A DNA stretch of 64,000 nt from a virus. Its lineage: Duplodnaviria > Caudoviricetes. Every line of letters starts with the position of its first letter. Position 1 is the first letter of the stretch. The DNA lies in IMG/VR virus record IMGVR_UViG_3300037067_012889, positions 64,001-128,000 of that record, one strand, 5' to 3'. Shown one piece after another: positions 17,045 through 26,668 of the stretch. The notes under the pieces are model-generated. The model was not told the origin of the DNA, made no database searches, and worked only from the letters and a program-made list of their open reading frames with translations. A program made the position numbers and the translations under genes.

Positions 17045-18514
17045 TCAGACAAAGCAGCGGTTGAACTTCTGACGTTCTTTCAGAACAACGCCAGTCATCT
17101 TAGTGAGAGTGCTGCTGTAGCATTCATCGTGAGCACTCAACCCCATAGTGCCGTGCACAAATTCGTGCAGTGCGTCTGCGACGATGGCCCAACGTCCGGC
17201 TGCGTTGAATTTCCATCGTTTCGACATAGAGCGGCTATTACTGTTGTCTTGTTTGACGATTGAGATTGGATTGATGTAGTACACCTTGCCATATTCATAG
17301 GTCTGCTCGTGCTCCGCTTCCCTGCTCTCGTCGAAAATGAAACCGACAGAGAACGTAGCTTCCCTGCTGAATAGGTCGTGCATCGTGAGCATCACTTTCG
17401 ACCAGATCTTCGTCAGCTTTTCGCTATACTCGCTAAACTCTTCCGGCTTGTAGTGCGAAGGAACGACCATTCCTGTGGTGTTCTTGATCACGAATTCATG
17501 ATTGATTCGTGATCGCCTTCCAAGCATTCGGACAACTTCGTCGCCCTGCTGCACGAAATCAACCTTCTTATCGACAACCGCATTATCGACAACCTTGTCT
17601 TCGTCACTAGAAGTCGGAACCGTGGCATAGGCTTCTGACACAATCTGCTCCATCGTCGCATTGGCCTTGATAGAACGGAGCTTATCGCCGTGATAGTGAA
17701 TGTACGATGGCTTGACTTCGCGAAGAGCCGACACTTTGTTGACGGTGATTTCGTCGACGAACGCCTCAAGTTGTGCGTGGTATTGCCACTTCAAAGAATC
17801 GCGGTTCGATTGAAGAACATCGGAATTGCCATTCTTCAATTCCACCACAACACAACGACCGTTGCATTCCAGGTGGCGATGGAACATCGGAATGCCTTTG
17901 ATACGCACTATCATTCGATTGGTAATCGACTTGTTCGTATGAACTGTGCACCATTCGAATTCACGACGTTTGGAACCCTTATGAAGCCTGCAATCACAGA
18001 TTTCATTGTTGATCGTAACCGTACCATTCCATTGAGCCATCTGCATGAATAGGTTGAAGCTCATACGCAGCTCGTTGCTGTGATCTCCTTCAACCATCAC
18101 TCTCGTAGCCGTACCAGGAAAGTATTTGTCGCTCTTCTCGATTTCATACTCACCACCACATCCGACGACACGATAATAGCCAGTATCGATTTCATAGCTG
18201 AGATGTGCCATCATCAGCACTTCTTTTGCTTTACCGAAACCACCGACAGTGTCCTGAAAATCCTTGCCGGATTCACCAAGAGTAAGGAGCTTTCCGCTCA
18301 GAATTTCTTCTGTCATCGGATCGCCGTCATTCTGCCACGCAAACAGCGTATTGCCATTTGCTTGCGGTTCGATAGACAGTTCGATGTTTTTAGAGTGCGG
18401 CGCGTCCATGCTGTTCTGCATGGCTTCGCGAACCAGTGCCCACTTCCAATCACGATAATCGTTGAACGATTTCTTGAAGAAGTTCGGGCCGATTCCAACT
18501 CGCATTTTAGCCAT
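17045..18514 (-). CDS. GHKL (HATPase_c/Hsp90-like) ATPase
   Basis: REAMQNSMDA (N box), NDG.PM (G1), G.SGK....VGGFG.A (G2), GT (G3); C-terminal HEFVH (HExxH). Confidence 0.8.
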   Translation of the reverse strand: MAKMRVGIGPNFFKKSFNDYRDWKWALVREAMQNSMDAPHSKNIELSIEPQANGNTLFAWQNDGDPMTEEILSGKLLTLGESGKDFQDTVGGFGKAKEVLMMAHLSYEIDTGYYRVVGCGGEYEIEKSDKYFPGTATRVMVEGDHSNELRMSFNLFMQMAQWNGTVTINNEICDCRLHKGSKRREFEWCTVHTNKSITNRMIVRIKGIPMFHRHLECNGRCVVVELKNGNSDVLQSNRDSLKWQYHAQLEAFVDEITVNKVSALREVKPSYIHYHGDKLRSIKANATMEQIVSEAYATVPTSSDEDKVVDNAVVDKKVDFVQQGDEVVRMLGRRSRINHEFVIKNTTGMVVPSHYKPEEFSEYSEKLTKIWSKVMLTMHDLFSREATFSVGFIFDESREAEHEQTYEYGKVYYINPISIVKQDNSNSRSMSKRWKFNAAGRWAIVADALHEFVHGTMGLSAHDECYSSTLTKMTGVVLKERQKFNRCFV

Positions 18515-18707
18515 TTCGAGAATCTCCTATGTGCTTGGCTTGTCTAACAAGTTATAGCATGAGAATATGGCGGAATTAATTCCTGGTTGGCGATTCCTGA
18601 CAGTATTTAAACTGTAGATGAATATCGACGGCAAAGTTGAGCTGGTTAATCACCGACAGACGTCGTGCCATAATGAAGTATCACCGATTTCACACATAGG
18701 AGCAACC

Positions 18708-19082
18708 ATGACAGCGACAAAGACCAGAAAGCCTCTCACCGAAGCGAAAGAAGAGAAGGCACCAGTGCTGCTGACCGAACTCACTGAAAAAGCTGTCCTC
18801 ACTGCACTCGGCAAACCAAGCGATTTTCACAGCATTGGCGTCCATCGGCACGACTCATCGCGTTGCCGCGTCAACGTCAGGCGCGCTATGAATAAAGAAG
18901 CAGCAACGGCTTACTTCCGTGCCAATGGCGTCGAGAAGGCCGAGGCCGAGAAGATGATCGACCAAATCGATCACACCATCGCCAGAACGATTGTCTTGAT
19001 TACCGATAGCTTCTATCTTCGCACCAATTTCGACGGCTCGCTGCGTAGCGACAACAAGCCAATTGAGAGGAAGTACAAATGA
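18708..19082 (+). CDS. hypothetical protein
   Basis: promoter 18646-18674; AGGAG RBS. Confidence 0.7.
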   Translation: MTATKTRKPLTEAKEEKAPVLLTELTEKAVLTALGKPSDFHSIGVHRHDSSRCRVNVRRAMNKEAATAYFRANGVEKAEAEKMIDQIDHTIARTIVLITDSFYLRTNFDGSLRSDNKPIERKYK

Positions 19083-19360
19083 AGCGGCAAAAGAAGCCAA
19101 AGGTTGAGATCTTGTTCGAAGTCGGTCTCGCGGGAGAGCGGATCAAACAAGATGACTTTATCGAATACTTGGAGACAGTTCACAACATCTCTAAGGTTTA
19201 CCCTGAAGCACTTACGGCCGTCATCGATGCACCTGAGATAGAGAGCCTCTTTTGCATCCCTTCCTTTTATGTCATTTACCGCAAGATTGCGAAGCGTGTC
19301 ACGGAAAATGACATTCGTCTCGCACTTAAAGAACTCATTAAGAGTGAAAATGACGAATGA
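19079..19360 (+). CDS. hypothetical protein
   Basis: ATGA coupling. Confidence 0.6.
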   Translation: MKRQKKPKVEILFEVGLAGERIKQDDFIEYLETVHNISKVYPEALTAVIDAPEIESLFCIPSFYVIYRKIAKRVTENDIRLALKELIKSENDE

Positions 19361-19650
19361 AGGTTGGCAAAAACAAAGTCATGGTCGATGGATTTGAGGG
19401 GTTGCTTGAACGGGTCGAGAAACCAAATCAAGCTTTGACCCTCAAACTCCATCTTCCATGCGTTCTATCTGTTCGCAATTTCGACGTATTCAAAGTCATC
19501 AAGCAACTCGCCATATCACTCGAAATACGATCGAAATGGTGGCAGGTGGACGATAAATACTACGCTATACTCTTCGAAAGTCGAATAACAGGACAAGAAA
19601 TCTCAAAACTCGTCCACGAATTCGAAGATTCGGTTAACCAGTGCTCCTGA
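19357..19650 (+). CDS. hypothetical protein
   Basis: ATGA coupling. Confidence 0.6.
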   Translation: MKVGKNKVMVDGFEGLLERVEKPNQALTLKLHLPCVLSVRNFDVFKVIKQLAISLEIRSKWWQVDDKYYAILFESRITGQEISKLVHEFEDSVNQCS

Positions 19651-19700
19651 TAGTGCTATAACCCAGTGTAAGGGGATGACACTGTCACAGGAGAAACGCT

Positions 19701-19973
19701 ATGGGCGAGAAATTGTGTATCGTTGTTGACGTCAGCAAAGAAACGAGGATGCTCGGATTTCAAAAAGCAGACGTCATTATTATTCGAATGCTTAATGACG
19801 ACCGATGTGGTTGTCATCCGACCACGCCGATTCGTCTTTCGGACATCGACGGTGGCCGTCATATACAGGCCAGCGAGATCGTCAAGGGCCAGCGAATCTG
19901 GCTCCCTGTCGATCACCTCGTCAAAGAGCATGTGTTCTTTCTGAATCCAGAAACAATCGACGCCCTCGAATAA
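19701..19973 (+). CDS. hypothetical protein
   Basis: promoter 19634-19662; AGGAG RBS. Confidence 0.65.
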   Translation: MGEKLCIVVDVSKETRMLGFQKADVIIIRMLNDDRCGCHPTTPIRLSDIDGGRHIQASEIVKGQRIWLPVDHLVKEHVFFLNPETIDALE

Positions 19974-20044
19974 CCGAATTAAACGACGGCATTTGTTGTG
20001 CTAAAACAAACAGGACACGAAACACTCATAATAGGAGATCTGAG

Positions 20045-20788
20045 ATGGCGAAGAAACCCGCAACCGCAACCAAGAATGCCGCTCCGAAGCCGAATTTGTT
20101 CGCGAAGGCCAAAGCTGCCGCTGTCGCTGCGCCGCCGAAGTCGGCCGGATCCGTGATCGAACTCCCGAAGGAACTCGATTCCGATGGCAAGCTCATTGGA
20201 GAGTCCGCACTGCTGAACAGCGCCGTCACCGAAGCCATCGAAGCCGACGCAGAAGCGAAGGCGGCAAGCAACAAATCCACGCTCGCCAAGAACAGGCTGG
20301 TCGGCTACGCTACCGGTCGATTCGTTGAGATGACTGCCAAGCTTGGTGTCCTCCCGCCAACCCCGGTGAAGATCATCAACCACAATGGTGAATCCGTCAC
20401 GTTTATCGTGATGGACAAGTCGCAGCAATACCCGATTCGCTCCGAACAGATCGACCTGTTCAGGGGAATCCTCGGCGACGACGGAGCAGCCCGTATCGTG
20501 AACACCAAGACGGTCTACGCGTTCAACCCGGCCACGATGGACGAGAAGGCTGCGAACGCCGACATGAGCGTTGCCGAAATCGTCGCGGAACTCGTGAGCA
20601 ATGCCCTGATGTCTGACTCTCGGCTGAGCGATGAGCAGAAGGGCGATTTGATTACGAGCAGCGAGAAGACCTACATCGCACAGAATACGCTGACCCGCGT
20701 GGCGGAGCTGTGTGGTGCCGACGCCGGTCGCATCGGCCAGTTCATCACAGCGGCTGGTACGGCTTTCACCAAGTACATCAAGACCTGA
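20045..20788 (+). CDS. hypothetical protein with Ala/Lys/Pro-rich N-terminus, probably highly expressed
   Basis: promoter, AGGAG RBS, strongly biased codons, terminator after. Confidence 0.75.
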   Translation: MAKKPATATKNAAPKPNLFAKAKAAAVAAPPKSAGSVIELPKELDSDGKLIGESALLNSAVTEAIEADAEAKAASNKSTLAKNRLVGYATGRFVEMTAKLGVLPPTPVKIINHNGESVTFIVMDKSQQYPIRSEQIDLFRGILGDDGAARIVNTKTVYAFNPATMDEKAANADMSVAEIVAELVSNALMSDSRLSDEQKGDLITSSEKTYIAQNTLTRVAELCGADAGRIGQFITAAGTAFTKYIKT

Positions 20789-20809
20789 GGCATTCATTTG
20801 CCTCGGTCG

Positions 20810-20845
20810 GCCCCGGCAGGCCCTCCTATCCTGCCGGGGCTTTTT
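20810..20845 (+). terminator. intrinsic terminator
   Basis: GCCCCGGCAGG / CCTGCCGGGGC stem plus TTTTT. Confidence 0.85.
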
Positions 20846-20849
20846 ATGT

Positions 20850-20961
20850 GCCCCTGTCGTCCAAATGGCAAAGGGTTTGACGCGTCACCCTTGGCATGGA
20901 GTAGCACTCCGTGTCAGGACACCTGTAAAAGGAAATTCACGTTCGATTCGTGATGGGGGCT
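20850..20961 (+). ncRNA. tRNA-like RNA with expanded D-loop and degenerate anticodon arm (CTGTAAA, Tyr-like)
   Basis: acceptor GCCCCTG/TGGGGGC, D-stem GTCC/GGAC, perfect T-arm TCACG-TTCGATT-CGTGA. Confidence 0.6.
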
Positions 20962-20965
20962 ATTT

Positions 20966-21208
20966 ATGCAACCTTGGCTTATTACCGATCCACAGGAATT
21001 CTATGACGAGATAGTCGTCCCGTCTGGATTCTTTGAAAAGGCTAGGGAAATCTTCCCCGATTACAATAATCGCCAGTCCGACGCCGCAGCCTGTTGGATT
21101 GTGTATATGGTCGAGGAATCCATTGATGTCGATGCCGATCTCAAATGGTCGAACCTTGTCTCAATGCGCGACGACATTTTTGAAATGATCATCGCAGGAT
21201 TGACATGA
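20966..21208 (+). CDS. hypothetical protein
   Basis: ORF in coupled run. Confidence 0.55.
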   Translation: MQPWLITDPQEFYDEIVVPSGFFEKAREIFPDYNNRQSDAAACWIVYMVEESIDVDADLKWSNLVSMRDDIFEMIIAGLT

Positions 21209-21408
21209 ACAGAAAATTCCTATGTCTCGTTCTTGACAGAACAAGTAAGGCAACTATTAAGGAATACCCAGAAGTTGTCGCTATCGATGCCTATCATGCA
21301 CTTAGGATGACGGCCAATCGATATGCCGAAGAAATCGGATCTTGGTCCGGTGATTGGTACGTGGATTGTTTAGAAACTACCGAGGAGAATGATCATGGCT
21401 CAACCTGA
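21205..21408 (+). CDS. hypothetical protein
   Basis: ATGA coupling. Confidence 0.55.
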   Translation: MNRKFLCLVLDRTSKATIKEYPEVVAIDAYHALRMTANRYAEEIGSWSGDWYVDCLETTEENDHGST

Positions 21409-21553
21409 ATTCTGTGTCAAGCTGATTGTCGAAGGCAAGAATACCCAGACGACCGTCTACGCCAATGATGCTGCTTCTGCAGCACGACTGGCTCGCGAGC
21501 AGTACAGTGGCAGCAACGTGCGAGTGCTCAGTACCGACAAGGTCAAAGGCTAA
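21395..21553 (+). CDS. hypothetical protein (52 aa; not in track)
   Basis: GAGGAG RBS; manual translation MAQPEFCVKL... Confidence 0.55.
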   Translation: MAQPEFCVKLIVEGKNTQTTVYANDAASAARLAREQYSGSNVRVLSTDKVKG

Positions 21554-21866
21554 TCAACTGCACTTTGTGAACAGGCATCTTATGTTCCTGTTCGGCAGCT
21601 TTCAAGGTTAAGACAGCTAGAACCCTTTTCTGAATCTCTGTCTTAGCCTCAATGACCTGACCTGATCGCGTAACTTCCACAAAATCCCTTAGAAGTCTGT
21701 TAAAGCATTCCATAGCTTCCTCCGTAATCAGTATTTTAGGTATGGCGATAGTAGTGTTGTCATAGATGTCTGCGCATATATTTGCGGTGTCACGCAGTTA
21801 AATAGTACCCCTATTTGTGCTATAACGTGGCATACGGAAACCACACCCGCTGACACAGGAGTCATA

Positions 21867-23078
21867 ATGCCAGCCGCAGAAGCCAGAGACTACCAGATCC
21901 GATTGGTCGACAAAACGATCCATCTCTTCAATAATGGATTCAAATCAGTACTACTCAATTCGCCGACCGGCTCTGGCAAGTCTTATATGGGTCTAAAGAC
22001 CGTCGCAGAATTGCAGAGGATACACAACGTCGGGGCGATGTGGGTCGCGATGCGTCGGAATCTGCTCAAGCAAGTCGTGGCCGAGAATGAGAAACTCGGA
22101 GTTGGAGCAGAAATCACCCCGATTTCGATGTTCAATAGGAATCCACCAACTCATGACAACCTCGGACGGCCCATCAAGATCGTCGTACTTGATGAGAGTC
22201 AGCACGATCCTGCTGGCAGCATGTCGAATATCTACAACATTGTCAAGCCGAGTTGGATTCTCGGAATGACGGCAACGCCGTTTCGGACCGACCGGATGCG
22301 ACTGAGTTTCGACAAGGTGCTACGCGATATCGGCATTCATCAGCTAATCCAATCGGGGTATCTCTCGCAGTACCATCAATACACGATTCCACAATGGAAC
22401 GTCGATGAGGTCGTCTCCTGCTATCTTCGCGAACCAGAGCGATGGGGCAAGAGTGTCTTCTATTGGTTTACGCACGAAGACGCCCTCAAATGCACCAATC
22501 GTCTGAACGCAGCCGGTGTCAGGACAGAACTAGTGACGGCTGAGACCGACCGCGAGACACAACTCGCTCAGTTCGAGAGCGGCGAAGTGAAGTGTCTCGT
22601 GAACATGCAAATCCTGACAGAGGGATTCGATTCTCCGTCGCTCAGAACGGTCTTCGTCCGAGACTCGCAGCGTGGCCCAACTATCCAAATGGCCGGTCGC
22701 GTCTTCCGGAAATACCCCGGAATCGAGTTCAAACAAATCGTTCAGAGCAAGATGACTCACTGGCCAATCCAACGAACAGCCGCACCGGCTCACGCGAGTG
22801 TCTGGCTGCCGGAAGAGCGGGAATGGAGGAGCTACGCTCAGAGCGAAGCGATTGAGAAGGTATCCATGCGGGTCTGCATCACTCTCGCCCACACCAAGAC
22901 CTCGATGCCAACATTCATCGTCAAGGCACAAGAGAAAAAAGGTCGTCGGCATCGCCGAGTGGACGATACCGGAGGGCGGGCAAATACCGAATCTGGGTTG
23001 CCACAACGTGACGATAGCCAATTCGACGCTCGTCCGGGATGGGTGGGTGGATTTGGTGGCGGTGCCATCATTCACTAA
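21867..23078 (+). CDS. superfamily 2 (DExH-like) helicase
   Basis: RDYQ, SPTGSGKS, DESQH, MTATP, LTEGFD, QMAGR motifs. Confidence 0.92.
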   Translation: MPAAEARDYQIRLVDKTIHLFNNGFKSVLLNSPTGSGKSYMGLKTVAELQRIHNVGAMWVAMRRNLLKQVVAENEKLGVGAEITPISMFNRNPPTHDNLGRPIKIVVLDESQHDPAGSMSNIYNIVKPSWILGMTATPFRTDRMRLSFDKVLRDIGIHQLIQSGYLSQYHQYTIPQWNVDEVVSCYLREPERWGKSVFYWFTHEDALKCTNRLNAAGVRTELVTAETDRETQLAQFESGEVKCLVNMQILTEGFDSPSLRTVFVRDSQRGPTIQMAGRVFRKYPGIEFKQIVQSKMTHWPIQRTAAPAHASVWLPEEREWRSYAQSEAIEKVSMRVCITLAHTKTSMPTFIVKAQEKKGRRHRRVDDTGGRANTESGLPQRDDSQFDARPGWVGGFGGGAIIH

Positions 23079-23227
23079 TCGTGACTATTTCTCGTTTTCT
23101 GACAGAGTGCAACATGTATTTCAAAATCCAGAGGATTTCACTCCATCTGGATTTGCAATTAAATCCGATACACTATCGTGCTAAAACCTGATGGGTTTGA
23201 TTCACCACCTTTTTCTATGAGGGACAC

Positions 23228-24430
23228 ATGACCACAGCAACGCAAGCTCCGAAGCTCGATTACGCAGTCGCACCGCTCCGCTCGATCAAAATCGAAGAGG
23301 TCGGACAGAAGGGACGGGTGTCGATGTTAAGCATCGACGATCGCAAATTCTGCCCGACGTCGCGATTCTGGACCAGCCTGTGCAGCACCTACAGCACCCA
23401 CGGCCTCAGCACGAAGGTCTTCAAGCTGTTCAGCCACCAGGAAGTGCTGCAACGGCTGACCGACGTCCTGGGCGGCGACGACAAGGCCCGGATTCGCTTC
23501 ACGTTCGAAGACAAGGGAACGGCTCCCGGCAACATTCTAGCAATCACGCTCCCCTCGAAGCCGGTCATCACCTACGAGACGATCAACGGCACCTTGAGCA
23601 AGTATAACGCCCTCTCCGTCACGTACGGCGACGGTATCGTCCGCTCCACACACACGCCGAACCATATGCAGGATTTCAAGATCGGCGGTGACGGATTCGC
23701 CCATCAATACGTTCTTGAAACTCCCATCGACGGCTTCGGCTCCCCGCTGATCTATTTGTCGCTCCTGCGCCAGGTCTGCAGCAACGGTGCCATCGGCTAC
23801 TCTCGTGCATTCCGGAGTGAAATCTCCATGGGTCGCGGCGATACGAAGAATGCCGACCTCATGTTCAGCATGGAGCGGGCACTCGATTCGTTCAGCAACG
23901 AAGAGGGCTTCGCGGCCTTGCGTACTCGCTTCGAATCGTCTACCCAATCGTGGGCGTCGATCTCCGAATGCAACCGCATCTACAAGGTGCTGGCGGCAAT
24001 GGCTCAGAAGGGCCTGTTCTTGAAGCAGGGCACCGAAGGGGCCAAACTCGTCGAGAAGCATGCGGCCCGTCGTGAAGCCGTCATCAACGCCGGCGGCGAA
24101 GGTACCCAAGAGAACCCGGTTGTCGTGAAGATCATGCGGGCTTACGCTTCGCTGACCGGCGACCTCTGCTCCATCTACGGTCTGACGCACTTGGACGCGC
24201 TCAGCCGCAAGAAGATGCAGCAACTCCCTGCCCATTGCACGATGTACGATTTGCTCAACTTCGCGACCGAGGTCGCCACGCACCACTGTGAGGAGAAGAA
24301 CGGCCGTCTGCTCCAAGCCGAAGTCGGCAATTTCGTCAGCAACGAGTATGACCTGGAAGGTTCGAAGGTGTCGAAGGAGCAATTCGCTGATTGGTTCCTC
24401 GACACGTCGGACATTCCGCCGAAGGAATAG
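23228..24430 (+). CDS. DUF932-like protein
   Basis: DGFGS...LLRQVCSNG and T.YDLLNF.TE.ATH motifs. Confidence 0.6.
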   Translation: MTTATQAPKLDYAVAPLRSIKIEEVGQKGRVSMLSIDDRKFCPTSRFWTSLCSTYSTHGLSTKVFKLFSHQEVLQRLTDVLGGDDKARIRFTFEDKGTAPGNILAITLPSKPVITYETINGTLSKYNALSVTYGDGIVRSTHTPNHMQDFKIGGDGFAHQYVLETPIDGFGSPLIYLSLLRQVCSNGAIGYSRAFRSEISMGRGDTKNADLMFSMERALDSFSNEEGFAALRTRFESSTQSWASISECNRIYKVLAAMAQKGLFLKQGTEGAKLVEKHAARREAVINAGGEGTQENPVVVKIMRAYASLTGDLCSIYGLTHLDALSRKKMQQLPAHCTMYDLLNFATEVATHHCEEKNGRLLQAEVGNFVSNEYDLEGSKVSKEQFADWFLDTSDIPPKE

Positions 24431-24449
24431 TTCCGGTTTCCAGAATGGA

Positions 24450-24481
24450 AAGCCGGGAGAGAAATCTCCCGGCTTCTTTTT
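24450..24481 (+). terminator. intrinsic terminator
   Basis: AAGCCGGGAGA-GAAA-TCTCCCGGCTT plus T tract. Confidence 0.85.
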
Positions 24482-24492
24482 AGGATTATGAA

Positions 24493-24876
24493 ATGAGACT
24501 TCTACTAGAAATGGCTTTTACCAGGGATGGTTTTAAGAATCAGCTTGAACACAAGCTGGTCGGTGCCATTATCCATCATTATCAAGCCGAACTTGCTAAG
24601 GCAAATGGTAAGAATAAGTGGGTGGTACACTGGTCGAACGAATCGAAACGCCTGTTGGTAGAATTCCGAACACTTCTATCTCATAGTATCAAAGGGACAT
24701 GGAGCCGTACAAAAGCTGCTAAAGAGGTAGTCACACTGATGAAGAGAAACGACAAGCAATACCGAAGAGTGGCATATAATGTCGTTTGTCGAGATTTCAG
24801 ATCCAAGCTTTCGAACACGCTACCAGAAAGAACGAAATTCTGGGATAGAGTTGGAGATATTATCTCAGATAGTTGA
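24493..24876 (+). CDS. hypothetical basic protein
   Basis: 127-aa ORF; AGGA RBS. Confidence 0.6.
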   Translation: MRLLLEMAFTRDGFKNQLEHKLVGAIIHHYQAELAKANGKNKWVVHWSNESKRLLVEFRTLLSHSIKGTWSRTKAAKEVVTLMKRNDKQYRRVAYNVVCRDFRSKLSNTLPERTKFWDRVGDIISDS

Positions 24877-24968
24877 TATTCACCCCGCGCTGGTATCGTC
24901 GGGTCAGCCTTCGGGCTGGACAGCCAGAGCAATAAACGAACGAGCCTGAAAAAATTGCTCCCTTTCGG

Positions 24969-25008
24969 GGCGGCGATGCAACGAGTCTCCTGCATCGCCG
25001 CCTTTTTG
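24969..25008 (+). terminator. intrinsic terminator
   Basis: GGCGGCGATGCA / TGCATCGCCGCC stem plus TTTTT. Confidence 0.75.
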
Positions 25009-25024
25009 TATTTAAATGTATCTT

Positions 25025-25112
25025 GGCCGTGTGGAGAAATCGGTAAACTCAACAAATTTAAAATTTGTCACCTATTCAAACGGGTTTGCGGGTTCGAATC
25101 CCGCCACGGCTA
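25025..25112 (+). tRNA. trnL: tRNA-Leu(TAA), CCA not encoded
   Basis: acceptor GGCCGTG/CACGGCT, anticodon arm ACAAA-TTTAAAA-TTTGT, long variable region, T-arm GCGGG-TTCGAAT-CCCGC, discriminator A. Confidence 0.9.
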
Positions 25113-25147
25113 CTAACCTCCATTACGTAAATAATGTGGAGGTTCGA

Positions 25148-25840
25148 ATGATACCAGATAATACCCTCTTCGAGATGGCACACGAATCCTATTCAGTATG
25201 CGACGTTATGATAAAGCTTGGCTTAGTACCTGCGGGAGGTAATCACAGATTATACAGCAAGCGGCTTGCAGGATTCGCCTTTAAAAAACGACCACCGTTA
25301 GGTGCTGCGGGTAAGAGTAGGGCAATCATCGATTATCTGGTACTTGACGGTCCGGTGATCTTGACATCCAAGCTAAAGAAGAAGCTATTCAATGCAGGTC
25401 TCAAAAAGAAAATCTGTGAAATATGTGGGCAGGGGCCTGTTTGGAATAATAAACCACTAACCTTCCATCTAGATCATGAAGATGGAAATAATAGGAATAA
25501 TCGATTAGAAAACCTACGTGTTTTATGCCCTAACTGCCACACTCAAACTCCGACGTACGCAATTAGTGTGCAAAGAAAAGAACCCCGAGAAGTAAGAAAT
25601 GGCGTCATAAAACCGAGAAAACTCATAAGATGTAAGTCTTGTGACTGTCGATTGAAGACTCGCAGAAAGACTGGTTTGTGCCGTAAATGCTTCGAAGTTA
25701 AATTTCCACCACCACGCAAAGTGTCGAATAGACCAGAAAAGAACGTACTATTAAAAGAGATAGCCGAAATGGGTTATTGTGGTGTTGGTAGAAAATATGG
25801 CGTATCTGATCACGCTGTTCGAAAATGGGTAAAAACTTAA
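25148..25840 (+). CDS. HNH (homing-type) endonuclease
   Basis: CEICG..W..KPL..HLDH.DGN..NN.LENLR.LCPNCH; C-terminal zinc finger and HTH; GGAGG RBS. Confidence 0.88.
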   Translation: MIPDNTLFEMAHESYSVCDVMIKLGLVPAGGNHRLYSKRLAGFAFKKRPPLGAAGKSRAIIDYLVLDGPVILTSKLKKKLFNAGLKKKICEICGQGPVWNNKPLTFHLDHEDGNNRNNRLENLRVLCPNCHTQTPTYAISVQRKEPREVRNGVIKPRKLIRCKSCDCRLKTRRKTGLCRKCFEVKFPPPRKVSNRPEKNVLLKEIAEMGYCGVGRKYGVSDHAVRKWVKT

Positions 25841-25894
25841 ACACTTACTATTGTCGTGCTATAACCTTGCGTAAACCCAAACATAGGAGACATT

Positions 25895-26599
25895 ATGATT
25901 CATTACGACGAGTCCGACAATCCGAGTAATGGCTGGCGTGCACCAGATCCCGACGAGGTTGACGATATCGAAAATCGTCTTCACGACCTCGAACCCGGTG
26001 CCGAAGAAAATCCGCTTGAAAAGGCACCACTGGCCTACAATCCGCTCAATCATGCCTACCCCATGACCGCTGAAACGACCATCGGCGTCGTCGAATTCAT
26101 GGTGCAATTCACGATTATCAAGGGAGCTAGCAACCTCCCTGTTGAATTCTTCAGCAGCACCAACGAGTTGCAGTTGCCCATGTCAATCGAAGACGTGCCG
26201 GTCACCGAGAACCCCGGCCAATCCTTCTTCGGCCAAGATTTCAAGGGTTGGGCCAATGATCAGGTTAACGAAAGTGCCCTCGTCAGCGAGTTGAAAGGAG
26301 ACGAGAGGTATTTCTTGATACCGATGATCGTCCGAGCACGACGTCTCGTAACGGGAGAACCTGACGCCACCGATACCTGGGAGCCACTTACTGTAGAGCA
26401 AACGGCGGGTCTCATTTCCGGCCAAGCTCTACTCGATCTCATTCTCGGCTATTACGAGAAGATCTCCGACGACGACAATGCTCCTACGGCCCTCTTGGAC
26501 ATTCTGGAACATTTCACTGGCAGATACGATCGCAACAAAACCAAATATCCCGGAGTCGCCGACGAGGAGTGGGAATCCGGCGAGGAAGAGTGGAACTGA
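25895..26599 (+). CDS. acidic hypothetical protein
   Basis: promoter 25837-25865; AGGAG RBS. Confidence 0.7.
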   Translation: MIHYDESDNPSNGWRAPDPDEVDDIENRLHDLEPGAEENPLEKAPLAYNPLNHAYPMTAETTIGVVEFMVQFTIIKGASNLPVEFFSSTNELQLPMSIEDVPVTENPGQSFFGQDFKGWANDQVNESALVSELKGDERYFLIPMIVRARRLVTGEPDATDTWEPLTVEQTAGLISGQALLDLILGYYEKISDDDNAPTALLDILEHFTGRYDRNKTKYPGVADEEWESGEEEWN

Positions 26600-26668
26600 T
26601 ACTGAAGAGAGCTTGCGGTCACCTCGGATCCAAGTTCTACTGAACTAAGCTAGTCTCAAATAGATAGG

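Noticed and set aside
25016-25147. N-terminal extension of the HNH ORF
   Set aside because: Runs through the tRNA-Leu gene; GGAGG RBS supports ATG 25148
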